NCBI GenBank assembly: GCA_947588825.1
Contig: CANPZU010000009.1
Location: 40-64,039, forward strand
Length of the DNA stretch: 64,000 nucleotides
Direction of reading: 5' to 3'
DNA from: an uncultured Clostridia bacterium
GTDB lineage: Bacteria; Bacillota; Clostridia; Oscillospirales; CAG-272
Position 1 is the first letter of the stretch. Every line of letters starts with the position of its first letter. This document shows positions 29,541 to 38,263 of the stretch, piece after piece. The position numbers and the translations under genes are program-made. The notes beneath the pieces were generated by a model. That model was not told where the DNA came from. It did not search any database and saw nothing but the letters and a program-made list of their open reading frames with translations.

Positions 29541-30245
29541 TTATTCTTCGTTTAGAAGGTCGCACAGGAATGTGGCGCACCCCATATTATAGGCGATTAT
29601 CTTTTTTTCAAATCTTTCCTCCTGCTGTCCTTGTGCCTTGCCAGACAGAATTTTAAGGGAGGCGTCATAAAGTTCGTTTATTAAGGTCGGCTTTACCGGG
29701 CATGTTCCGTGCGACGGATAGATCTTATCAAACTGATCCGAATATTTTAAAAGCTTTTTCAGGCTGTGCATGTAGGCGTGCATTTCGCGCTGCGGTCCGA
29801 ACATAAATATTCTTCCGTCCTGCACCGGGTCGCCGGTAAATATTCTTTTGTTATTGATATCAAGCAGCGCTATGCTGCCGGGCGTGTGCCCCGGGATTTC
29901 TATGATTTTCAGAGGTCTGTCTCCGAGGTCCAAAATGTCGCCGTCAAAAACCGGAACCACATTTCCGCTTCTTTTTTGGGTGTTGTAATAGTTCGTGCAT
30001 TCGGAAAGGCTCATGTAAAAGAATTCAAATTCGTGATTACTGCCGATATGGTCGGGGTCCGCGTGTGTGTTTATCAGTGAGATCGGCAGGTCGGTAAGCT
30101 TTGCGGCAAGCTCTTTTGCGTTGCGAGTCCTCATGCCGCTGTCAATGAGAAGCGCCTTTTCATTTCCGACAAGCAAAAAAAATCGAACGTTTTCTTCTTC
30201 AAAGTACCAGCTGAATGAATCGATTTGTTTTATTGATGATATCAT
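29541..30245 (-). CDS. MBL-fold metallo-hydrolase
   Basis: ALLIDSG, INTHADPDHIG, IPGHTPGS and PSHG are present. The start is MISSIKQ, with AAGGAGA 7 nt upstream. The longer track ORF has no SD. Confidence 0.85.
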   Translation of the reverse strand: MISSIKQIDSFSWYFEEENVRFFLLVGNEKALLIDSGMRTRNAKELAAKLTDLPISLINTHADPDHIGSNHEFEFFYMSLSECTNYYNTQKRSGNVVPVFDGDILDLGDRPLKIIEIPGHTPGSIALLDINNKRIFTGDPVQDGRIFMFGPQREMHAYMHSLKKLLKYSDQFDKIYPSHGTCPVKPTLINELYDASLKILSGKAQGQQEERFEKKIIAYNMGCATFLCDLLNEE

Positions 30246-30365
30246 TTGCTTTCTCCTTATTATTATTGTTGTTATTGACATTAGACCTTTTATTATAAAA
30301 TCGGTCATACGGACGTGAATAAACGCCGTTTGCAAACGCATAAATATTCATTGAGCAATAATTGA

Positions 30366-30394
30366 AAAAACCTTACCGTTAAGGCAAGGTTTTT
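30366..30394 (-). terminator. Terminator after tRNA-Val
   Basis: Minus strand AAAAACCTTGCC-ttaac-GGTAAGGTTTTTT, directly 3' of the tRNA. Confidence 0.7.
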
Positions 30395-30395
30395 A

Positions 30396-30472
30396 TGGTG
30401 GGGACAGTTGGGATCGAACCAATGACCTCATGCATGTCAAGCATGCGCTCTAACCAGCTGAGCTATGCCCCC
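30396..30472 (-). tRNA. tRNA-Val (anticodon GAC), CCA encoded
   Basis: 77-nt cloverleaf folded by hand. Acceptor GGGGGCA/TGTCCCC, D arm GCTC-AGCTGGTTA-GAGC, anticodon arm CATGC-TTGACAT-GCATG and a T arm with GGTTCGATCC are present, with a terminal ACCA. Confidence 0.92.
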
Positions 30473-30577
30473 TCGACCCCACTATTATATCATGTGGAGT
30501 ATATTTTTGCAATATGGCATTTTGCACAAATATTTTATCGCTTTTTTGAAAGATATTCACAAGTAAAGATTATAAAT

Positions 30578-33229
30578 TTATAAATCTCCCCTGCCCTTTC
30601 CTATCACACGTGTAATTATTCTTCTGACAAGTTCAATGAGCACACTGAGAGTTACCAGCGCAAAAACAAAGAGTAAATGGACGATATTAAGCGGCTTGGT
30701 TCTGAACACGCTGTTTCCGAAGTATATCATTGCAAGCTGAATAATACCCACCGCCAGCATGATAAAAATAAACGGCTTGTTTTTTGAGAGATTTGCGAGG
30801 ATATTTATTCGCTGACTTCTTGACATAAAACAGTTGGCGATCCCGAGGAAAATAAACAGACAAAAGAATCCGCTCATGAAGTATATGGGATCTTTTGCAA
30901 ACCCAAAGAAATTTCTCACATATTCCGATCTCAAAAAGAATATGCATATCAGCATGGTGGTAAGAGCGCCGAAAAAAATCTGCGTTGACATGTATCTGTT
31001 TACGAGGTTTTCCTTCCGCTTTTTCGGCTTTTCCTTTAAAAATTCCTCGCTGGGCGCCTCCCCCGCAAAGGCGAGTCCGCCGAGAGTATCCATTATTATG
31101 TTTACCCAAAGCATCTGTATTACCGTTACGGGCGTATCTATACCTATAAACGGTCCAATAAGCGAGACTCCCACCGCGCACATGTTCATCGTAAGTTGAA
31201 ACATAATAAATTTTCTGATGCTTTTAAATATAGTTCTTCCGTAAACGACTGTTTTGACTATATATGAAAGATTGTTGTCAAGCATCACAATATCGCCTGC
31301 TTCCTTGGCGACCTCGGTGCCGCTGCCCATTGCAAAACCGACGTCCGCGATTTTTAAGGCGGGAGCGTCGTTTACTCCGTCCCCGGTCATTCCGGCAACC
31401 ATATCCCGACTTTGAGCCACTCGAACAAGCCGTGTTTTATCCGAGGGAAGCGCTCTTGCCACCACAGCAATATCGGGAAGACGCTTTGAAAGTTCCTCGT
31501 CGCTCATACGGGCAAGCTCGTCGCTGGTTAGAACAATAGCGTCCGAGTATTTTGTAATTATGGAGCATTCAAGCGCCACCGCCCTTGCGGTTTCCTTGTT
31601 GTCTCCCGTGAGCATGACGACCTGCACACCCGCGCCTCTCAACTTTTCGACCGAGCTTGCGGCGTCTTTTCTTATTTTATCCCTTATCCCTATAAGACAA
31701 ACAAAGGTAAGGTCCCCTTCAGATATTTTTGAGGGAAGAGTTGAGCTTTCAACTACCGCTATGACTCTTTCCGCCGATTCGGTCATGCATTTAAGTCTTC
31801 TTAAAATCATCTCCTTGTCAAAGGAAGCGCTTATCCTGCCGTCGTCGGTATATATCCTTCTTACACCGGCAAGCAGGATCTCGGGCGCGCCCTTTATAAA
31901 CACGCGCTTTTTGCCGTCTTCCTCGATAATTGCCGCCGAGTATTTTTTTGTGCTGTCAAATGGAATTTTATTTATAAGCTTTGCGTCGCATGTGATTTTT
32001 CCCTTACAGAAATATTTGGTCAAAGCCCTGTCTGTTGCGTTTCCGCCTATCACCTTGCCCCTGCTGTAAATCGATTCGCAGTTAAAAAAGGCGTTTAGCA
32101 CAAGGCATCGGTAAAGCTCTGCGCAGTCCGATATTTTTTTCTCTGCGCCGTATATTGCCCCGCTTCCGCTTACAATGCTTTCGACGCTTTGCTCGCCTGT
32201 GGTAAGAGTTCCGGTTTTGTCGCAAAAAAGTATGTTCATGCTTCCGGCGGTTTCGATGCCTACCAGCTTTCTCACCATAATATTGTCATTAAGCATACGC
32301 TTCATGTTTGATGAAAGCACAACGGTGATCATCATTGGCAAACCTTCGGGTACTGCGACAACCACAATGGTTATTGCAAGCGTAATGGCGTGTATTACGG
32401 CGTTTAACATAAAGGATGCGTCCGTTATTTTAAGTGTCATAAGCTCGGTATCAAAGCCGCTGTCAATGCAGATGATATTGAAAAGATACCCGATCGATAC
32501 CACCGCCGAAGCGACGTATCCTATACGGCTTATCTGTACCGCAAGTTTTGAAAGCTTCAGCTTAAGAGGGCTGGTCCGCGTTTTCTCCTGCAGTTCTCCC
32601 GCAAGCTTTCCGTAAGCGGTGCTCTCGCCCACGCTGAGTACTACCATTTTCCCCTCGCCCTGCGTCACAACGCTTCCCCGCATAAGTATGTTTTGCGCGT
32701 CGGTTTTGTTGCCGTATGTTCCGCTTCCGAGCGGGAATTTTCGTACTTCACGGCTTTCACCGTTGAGGGCCGACATGTCCACGCAAAGAGCGCCCGAAAT
32801 GATTTTCCCGTCTGCGGGTATTTTATCACCCGCAGAGATGAGAACAAGGTCCCCTACGACAAGTTCGCTTTCTTTAACGTATATCATTTCCCCGTTTCGC
32901 GTTACCCTGCATTTTACGTTTTCGCTTTCGTTTCTCAGTTTTTCAAACGCCATTTCGCTTCCGTATTCCGATATCGTGGAAACAAGAGTTGCGGTTATAA
33001 TTGCGACGAATATTCCTATAGCTTCGAATATATCAAAGTTTTTCAGCATGAAAATAATGTTGATACAAAGAGCCGCAAGCAGTATTTTAATTATCGGATC
33101 GCCGAAGTTTGAAAAAAACCTTTGTATGAAGGTCTGTGTTTTTTGGCGGGGCATGCTGTTGTCTCCGTATTTTTGCCTTGAAGAAAGCACCTCTTCGCTG
33201 CTCAGACCTTTTATTTCTTCATATGTCAC
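30578..33229 (-). CDS. P-type Ca2+-transporting ATPase (P2 type)
   Basis: DKTGTLT, TGDN, MTGDGVNDAPALK and ten predicted TM helices are present. The start is set at GVG-coded MTYEEIKGLSSEEV (GAAAGGAAG 9 nt upstream). The ORF is open to 33298. Confidence 0.92.
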   Translation of the reverse strand: MTYEEIKGLSSEEVLSSRQKYGDNSMPRQKTQTFIQRFFSNFGDPIIKILLAALCINIIFMLKNFDIFEAIGIFVAIITATLVSTISEYGSEMAFEKLRNESENVKCRVTRNGEMIYVKESELVVGDLVLISAGDKIPADGKIISGALCVDMSALNGESREVRKFPLGSGTYGNKTDAQNILMRGSVVTQGEGKMVVLSVGESTAYGKLAGELQEKTRTSPLKLKLSKLAVQISRIGYVASAVVSIGYLFNIICIDSGFDTELMTLKITDASFMLNAVIHAITLAITIVVVAVPEGLPMMITVVLSSNMKRMLNDNIMVRKLVGIETAGSMNILFCDKTGTLTTGEQSVESIVSGSGAIYGAEKKISDCAELYRCLVLNAFFNCESIYSRGKVIGGNATDRALTKYFCKGKITCDAKLINKIPFDSTKKYSAAIIEEDGKKRVFIKGAPEILLAGVRRIYTDDGRISASFDKEMILRRLKCMTESAERVIAVVESSTLPSKISEGDLTFVCLIGIRDKIRKDAASSVEKLRGAGVQVVMLTGDNKETARAVALECSIITKYSDAIVLTSDELARMSDEELSKRLPDIAVVARALPSDKTRLVRVAQSRDMVAGMTGDGVNDAPALKIADVGFAMGSGTEVAKEAGDIVMLDNNLSYIVKTVVYGRTIFKSIRKFIMFQLTMNMCAVGVSLIGPFIGIDTPVTVIQMLWVNIIMDTLGGLAFAGEAPSEEFLKEKPKKRKENLVNRYMSTQIFFGALTTMLICIFFLRSEYVRNFFGFAKDPIYFMSGFFCLFIFLGIANCFMSRSQRINILANLSKNKPFIFIMLAVGIIQLAMIYFGNSVFRTKPLNIVHLLFVFALVTLSVLIELVRRIITRVIGKGRGDL

Positions 33230-33340
33230 TTTATCTGTCTTCCTTTCAGCCGGGGTTAACACTACATTTATATTCAAGGCGATGGGGCGTATATGCACAA
33301 GCTTTATTGAGCAATTATCTTGAAATTTTACATTTGTTTA

Positions 33341-33369
33341 TTGACAAAAATTTATCAATGTGCTATTAT
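33341..33369 (+). promoter_or_regulatory. Sigma-A promoter of the alcohol dehydrogenase gene
   Basis: TTGACA, a 17-nt spacer, then TGcTATTAT (extended -10), about 40 nt before the ATG. Confidence 0.6.
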
Positions 33370-33408
33370 ATTTATAAATAAAAAAATAAATACAGAAAGG
33401 AATAAAAC

Positions 33409-34557
33409 ATGTCAAACAGATTCATTTTGAACGAAACTTCTTATCACGGCGCGGGTGCCGTCAAAGAAATAGCAAACGAAAGCTGCGCACGCGGCTTCAA
33501 GAAAGCCTTTGTCTGCTCCGACCCCGATCTTTTGCGATTCGGCGTTACGAAAAAAGTACTTGACGTTCTCGACGGCGCCGGTATCTCATACGAGATCTAT
33601 TCGGATATCAAACCCAATCCAACAATTGAAAACGTTCAAGGCGGAGTCAAAGCATTTAAAAACTCGGGCGCGGATTACATCGTTGCAATCGGCGGCGGTT
33701 CATCCATGGATACCGCAAAAGCTATCGGTGTGATCATTACGAATCCGGAATTTGCCGATGTTAAAAGTCTTGAAGGCGTAGCCCCCACAAAGAACAAATG
33801 CGTTCCCATTTTCGCTGTACCGACAACCGCCGGCACTGCTGCTGAGGTCACTATCAACTATGTGATAACCGACGCGCAAAACAACCGTAAAATGGTCTGT
33901 GTCGATCCTCATGACATTCCGGTCGCAGCTTTTGTCGATCCCGATATGATGAGCACGATGCCCAAAGGACTTACTGCCGCCACCGGTATGGATGCGCTAA
34001 CTCACGCAATCGAAGGATATATCACCAAGGGCGCATGGGAGCTTTCGGATATGTTTCACCTCAAGGCTATTGAGATAATTTCAAAGTCTCTTCGCGGCGC
34101 CGTAGCCAATACTCCAAAGGGACGCGAGGGAATGGCGCTTGGTCAGTATATCGCCGGAATGGGCTTTTCAAATGTGGGACTCGGCATAGTCCATTCGATG
34201 GCCCATCCTTTAGGCGCGCTGTACGACACGCCGCACGGAATAGCAAACGCCATAATTCTTCCGACGGTTATGGAATACAACGCGGAAGCGACCGGTGAAA
34301 AGTACCGCGATATTGCAAAAGCCATGGGCGTTGAAGGAACGGAAAAAATGAGTGTCGAGGAGTACCGCAAAGCCGCAATCGACGCCGTAAGGAAACTTGC
34401 CGCCGACGTGGGAATTCCCGCCGATTTGAAGGAAATTGTAAAGAAAGAGGACATTCCTTTCCTTGCTCAGTCGGCATATGACGATGCTTGCCGCCCGGGC
34501 AATCCCAAAGATACAAGCGTCGAGGATATATCAAAACTTTATTTGTCGCTTATCTGA
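33409..34557 (+). CDS. Iron-containing alcohol dehydrogenase, lactaldehyde reductase (FucO)-like
   Basis: The N-terminus NRFILNETSYHGAGAV closely parallels FucO. GGGSSMDTAKAI and the His cluster HSMAHPLG....HG are present. Confidence 0.85.
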   Translation: MSNRFILNETSYHGAGAVKEIANESCARGFKKAFVCSDPDLLRFGVTKKVLDVLDGAGISYEIYSDIKPNPTIENVQGGVKAFKNSGADYIVAIGGGSSMDTAKAIGVIITNPEFADVKSLEGVAPTKNKCVPIFAVPTTAGTAAEVTINYVITDAQNNRKMVCVDPHDIPVAAFVDPDMMSTMPKGLTAATGMDALTHAIEGYITKGAWELSDMFHLKAIEIISKSLRGAVANTPKGREGMALGQYIAGMGFSNVGLGIVHSMAHPLGALYDTPHGIANAIILPTVMEYNAEATGEKYRDIAKAMGVEGTEKMSVEEYRKAAIDAVRKLAADVGIPADLKEIVKKEDIPFLAQSAYDDACRPGNPKDTSVEDISKLYLSLI

Positions 34558-34574
34558 ATCATTTAAATCATAAC

Positions 34575-35100
34575 CACCCGTCAAACGGGTGGTTTGCACA
34601 AGGGCTAAAAGCCCAAAACTACCGGCCAGCGGCTCAAGCCGCTGGCTTTCGTATACTCAAGCCTATTGCCTTTGCCGCCTTTGCCGCCCATAAATGGGCT
34701 TCGTATTACCTGCCACACTTAAAAGGGTCTTCGTACTCCTTAACATTCAACTTGTCAAGGGCAATATCATTTTTCTCTTGTTCTTCGATGTATTTCTTTA
34801 GTGTCGGTTCCCGTACTTATATTTCAGATTTGCATGTTTGTCATTTGTCAAACATCATCAGTGCACTTTTCCCTTTTAAATATCCCATAAAACTTGACAC
34901 GCTCGTTTTTGGTGGTATACTTAACAGTAGGTGCACATGATCAGGCGTCATAGTCCCTCAAGTATCTCCACGCCTTTATATTTGCATAGAGTTCGGATGC
35001 AAGAAAAGCAATAAAAGAGTTTTGTATGGAAAACAATGTTGCCTGTTTTCTTATGTCAGATGCCTGTGGTAGTGTAGTAATAGCAAAACCTTTATATATT
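34575..35100 (-). mobile_element. Decayed IS200/IS605-family element (tnpA remnant plus hairpin-rich end)
   Basis: The tnpA pseudogene is listed below. Downstream of it on the minus strand lie hairpins GCCAGCGGC-ttga-GCCGCTGGC, GGGCT-ttt-AGCCC and CCACCCG-tttga-CGGGTGG, plus a 9-nt tandem GGCGGCAAA x2. Confidence 0.65.
34706..35056 (-). pseudogene. IS200/IS605 Y1 transposase (TnpA) pseudogene
   Basis: Minus-strand frames read NIVFHTKLFY, IRTLCKYKGVEILEG, PDHVHLLLSIPPKTSVSSFMGYLKGKSALMMFDK, HANLKYKYGNRH and TLKKYIEEQEKNDIALDKLNVKEYEDPF. They are separated by frameshifts, a 7-nt tandem duplication (34837-34850) and loss of the catalytic-Tyr segment. Confidence 0.8.
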
Positions 35101-35123
35101 TAGAAATTTGAGGAGATTTTATT

Positions 35124-36224
35124 ATGAAACAAAAAATGATTGATTTTTTACTGAACAATGCGGGCCCTTCGATTGTTTTGCGAGTAAAAAAAGAAATATT
35201 AAGAGATATCACAAAAAAAGAAGAACAAGAACTGCAAAGTAAAATATCAGATGAAAAAATCATAAAACTTATAGCGGAAAAACAACAGGAAAACGGTTGG
35301 ATCGGCCGTGGTTTTCACGGTTCAAGCAAAAATGCGGGTCAATATGATAATCAGGAAACCGCTACAAAATACATGGGCGAAAAAGGTTTAAAAGGAACAG
35401 CGTTATTGGACGGTGCGATGAATGCCTTTATGACTACTAAATTGACCGACCTGTGCTATGAGACCAAGGGCAGATTATATAGTGAATTTGAAATACCTGC
35501 TTTCGGTCAAAACATGATAAGGTGTGCATGTATTGCAAGAGCGCATTATGATGATACTATTGATATAACACCTCAAATCGAGGTTGCATTAGAATCATTT
35601 AAACGAGTAACGGAAGTCGATTCAATACTTGATGTTTCTCGCCCGTCTAAGAAGTGCAGACTGTTTAACGACTACGAGAGATGGCCGTGCAGATATCATC
35701 TTGAAATATTAGCATTTACTAATTCGTGGAAAAATCGTGACAATATTAATATGCTCGCAGAATCGTTTAAAAAGTTAATGAGAACAGACAGACCGGAAAT
35801 AATGAACATGCCGGTGGCATGTTGGATAGGTCATGTTGTCGGACCGCTATGGTATTTATCGGAAGGATATTCTGTTTCTACAAATTTAATAAACCGCTGC
35901 ATTAACGATGGTACTCGTAGAGTAAATATGGAAAAAGTTGAATGGTTAACACGATGCGGCTTATACAATTACATTCCTCAGCTTAAAACGGAGGTTGATT
36001 ATATTCTTCAAAATATCAATAGTGACGGTATTTGCGAAATAGATGTTTATGAGGATGAATTTAAAGGATGGGGACCTTATGCGGGACTGCGTTTAGAATC
36101 CGATTGGAGGTCAAAAGTCTGCAAGGCTTGCGATATTACTTTTAGGGCATTATTAATACTACACTACTTAGAAACGCAAACACTCAGTAAGGATATTGGG
36201 CTGTTGCAGGAAGCGGAATATTAG
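35124..36224 (+). CDS. Uncharacterised ~360-aa protein, paralog A1 (possible alpha/alpha-repeat fold)
   Basis: 366 aa. GAGGAG lies 9 nt upstream. It is colinear with the 38264..39313 product, sharing blocks IDFLL.NA.PSI, Q.ENGW.G.GFHG, CIARAHYDD, ERWPC.YHLEILAF, LMRTDRPEIMN, VACW.GH.VGP and CDITFRALLI.HY. Confidence 0.75.
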   Translation: MKQKMIDFLLNNAGPSIVLRVKKEILRDITKKEEQELQSKISDEKIIKLIAEKQQENGWIGRGFHGSSKNAGQYDNQETATKYMGEKGLKGTALLDGAMNAFMTTKLTDLCYETKGRLYSEFEIPAFGQNMIRCACIARAHYDDTIDITPQIEVALESFKRVTEVDSILDVSRPSKKCRLFNDYERWPCRYHLEILAFTNSWKNRDNINMLAESFKKLMRTDRPEIMNMPVACWIGHVVGPLWYLSEGYSVSTNLINRCINDGTRRVNMEKVEWLTRCGLYNYIPQLKTEVDYILQNINSDGICEIDVYEDEFKGWGPYAGLRLESDWRSKVCKACDITFRALLILHYLETQTLSKDIGLLQEAEY

Positions 36225-36312
36225 ACCAAACCATTACAAACGAAAGACTTGCACACCGAGGATATTATGATATATCCAAAGCATACAAGTCTATGCACTT
36301 AATATGATTGAA

Positions 36313-36387
36313 CCGCCGTGTACGGCACCGTACGCACGGTGGCGTGAGAGGTCGGCTACTCAACTAATGAGCAGTCTCCTACCCGAT
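36313..36387 (+). mobile_element. Possible group II intron 3'-terminal fragment (domain V/VI-like)
   Basis: CCGCCGTG-TACG-GCAC-CGTA-(CG bulge)-CACGGTGG followed by GAGAGG...CTCCTA-CCCGAT. By eye this parallels the Ll.LtrB D5/D6 layout GAGCCGTATAC...GTACGTACGGTTC / GAGGG...CCTCCCTAC. Confidence 0.35.
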
Positions 36388-36475
36388 TTCACTTTTCACT
36401 CATCATTAAAAACATACTGCCAATTTTTTGGAAGTAATAATGAAAAGCTAAAAAGTTGTAAGTTTTAGATTGAGA

Positions 36476-37369
36476 TTAAACTCTGCAAAATTCATTTATC
36501 TCTTTCAGCATCATTTCCTTTAGCTCCGGTGGGATATTGAACTGATTCAAAAAAGCCGCCTCGTCAAAGGGAGTGCCGGTACCACCGCATATTGCAAAAA
36601 TCCATGAAAGATATTCACTTGCCATTTCTTCACGGATTTTCTTTATAATGAAATAATCTGTCAGGATTACAAGGTTCTCCGACAAATCATGTGTACCGTC
36701 GTCCATGCTGATCATCCGATTCAGAAGAACGTCGGTAAATTGATGTGTGTACTCGTGCAACAACTGAAAAAAGGTCGGCTCAACTTCTCGTTCATTTTGA
36801 GGCACCGGTACGGCGGCAACAAAATCATCCTGTGAATGTAATCCGCGCCCGTTGCAGGTTATGCTAAACGAAAGATATGCGACTGCTCTGTTTTTTTGAT
36901 AGTGTGAGAACACGCAATCGCACGTTCTCAAGAGCGATTCAAGCTGCGCCTCACACTTCTTGCGTCTGTCATGCGTATTCCGATATTCCGACTCCCAATA
37001 GGAAAAATATATGAGAGACTCTTTTTCAAGGGCGGTTACAAACGGTTCGACAAAAAATTCTTTGTCCTCACGCGTGAAACCGGAATAATTCAAAAGCCGC
37101 TTTTTCATTTCTTCAAAACTTTCATCAGGTTGTGCAAGAGGTAGAAAATTCACGATTCCAAGGCGCTCAAAATGTTGATTGTAGTATTGCTGGATTTCAG
37201 CCGCGGTACACCTCAAATCGAATGAAAATTCGGAGGTTCTTCGATACTTTTCAAACTCGCATATGTATTTTTCAGAATACAGATTTGAAGCATTACACAC
37301 CTGCATATATGCCAACACGTGATAGATGAGATCAACGCATTTAGAGTATATAAAAACAATTTCCGCCAC
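36476..37369 (-). CDS. Hypothetical protein with a single HExxH motif (putative zincin-like metalloprotein)
   Basis: 297 aa. A GTG start has AAGGAGGTG 7 nt upstream. LLHEYTHQF is followed 22 residues after the second His by SEN. No signal peptide or TM segment is seen. Confidence 0.7.
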   Translation of the reverse strand: MAEIVFIYSKCVDLIYHVLAYMQVCNASNLYSEKYICEFEKYRRTSEFSFDLRCTAAEIQQYYNQHFERLGIVNFLPLAQPDESFEEMKKRLLNYSGFTREDKEFFVEPFVTALEKESLIYFSYWESEYRNTHDRRKKCEAQLESLLRTCDCVFSHYQKNRAVAYLSFSITCNGRGLHSQDDFVAAVPVPQNEREVEPTFFQLLHEYTHQFTDVLLNRMISMDDGTHDLSENLVILTDYFIIKKIREEMASEYLSWIFAICGGTGTPFDEAAFLNQFNIPPELKEMMLKEINEFCRV

Positions 37370-37434
37370 AGTCGAACACCTCCTTTGCAGTACGAAAAAA
37401 TCTGTATTTTTCTTTGAAACTTTCCTTAGTCCTA

Positions 37435-38247
37435 TTACTCAATGATACATTCTCCTCGTTGATCATTCGGTTTTTCTCTATAATTTTCTTGCCTTGAACA
37501 AAACCGAAAGCGGAAGCATTTTCGCTTTTTGGCTTTGGTGCTTATATCGCCTTTTGCCTGCATTGTCGCATCATCAGTTTGCTCGACCATTTGCTCGATC
37601 ACAAATCCCGCCTTTGCCAAAGCGTTGACGTAGGTGGATATTTTGCGGTTACACAGTAGAATCTCACTGCCGTCTATCGGTATTCTGAAATATGACTCGT
37701 CAAAATAGCTTTTGTTCATCACAAGGGGATCATTTTCATAGACATTTTTTCTGTTTTCACATGACCAAGCAATACAGTAATTTAAGGTATGATGCCAGCT
37801 GAAAATGAAAATACCGTCCTTTTTCAGGTATGAGGCTATTTTCTGAAATGTTCCGTCCAAATCTGTTGTCCAACCAATCCCGTAAATCGAATACACAAAG
37901 TCAAAATAGTCTTTCGGGATGTCAATCTCGGCTTCCATCGGAGAGCAGATGAGATTTGCATGATACCCGTTTTCCCTCAAATACCGCTCGGCATTTTCAA
38001 GCTGTTTATGAGATATATCCACACCCCATAATTCAAGGGCGTTTCTGTCCGCAAGATACTTTAGAGAATGCCCGCTACCAAAGCATATTTCAAGAATTTT
38101 CTTGCCCGCAACAGCTTCAAACAGGTGTAGTTCATCTTCTGTTACAAAGTGTACTCCGTAATCAGGCAGCGCCGTAGCGCCCGACCATAAGTCCGCGTAT
38201 GTATCCCAATAATGCTTGTTTGTTTTCAATATTTCATCTTGATTCAT
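37435..38247 (-). CDS. Class I SAM-dependent methyltransferase
   Basis: Motif I ILEICFGSGHS, an acidic post-I GVDIS and motif II-like FDFVYS are present. AAAGGAG SD upstream. The start is 16 nt after the stop of the upstream gene. Confidence 0.88.
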   Translation of the reverse strand: MNQDEILKTNKHYWDTYADLWSGATALPDYGVHFVTEDELHLFEAVAGKKILEICFGSGHSLKYLADRNALELWGVDISHKQLENAERYLRENGYHANLICSPMEAEIDIPKDYFDFVYSIYGIGWTTDLDGTFQKIASYLKKDGIFIFSWHHTLNYCIAWSCENRKNVYENDPLVMNKSYFDESYFRIPIDGSEILLCNRKISTYVNALAKAGFVIEQMVEQTDDATMQAKGDISTKAKKRKCFRFRFCSRQENYREKPNDQRGECIIE

Positions 38248-38263
38248 TTGCCCTCTGCTCCTT

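Noticed and set aside
30834-33323. Series of 120-230-aa plus-strand ORFs
   Set aside because: All are antisense to the P-type ATPase gene. Their products are Ser/Pro/Leu-rich nonsense typical of reverse frames.
34488-34940. 150-aa plus-strand ORF spanning the FucO-like gene's end and the IS remnant
   Set aside because: It overlaps the FucO-like gene's 3' end out of frame and crosses the hairpin-rich IS end. The minus strand shows clear IS200 TnpA peptide blocks instead.
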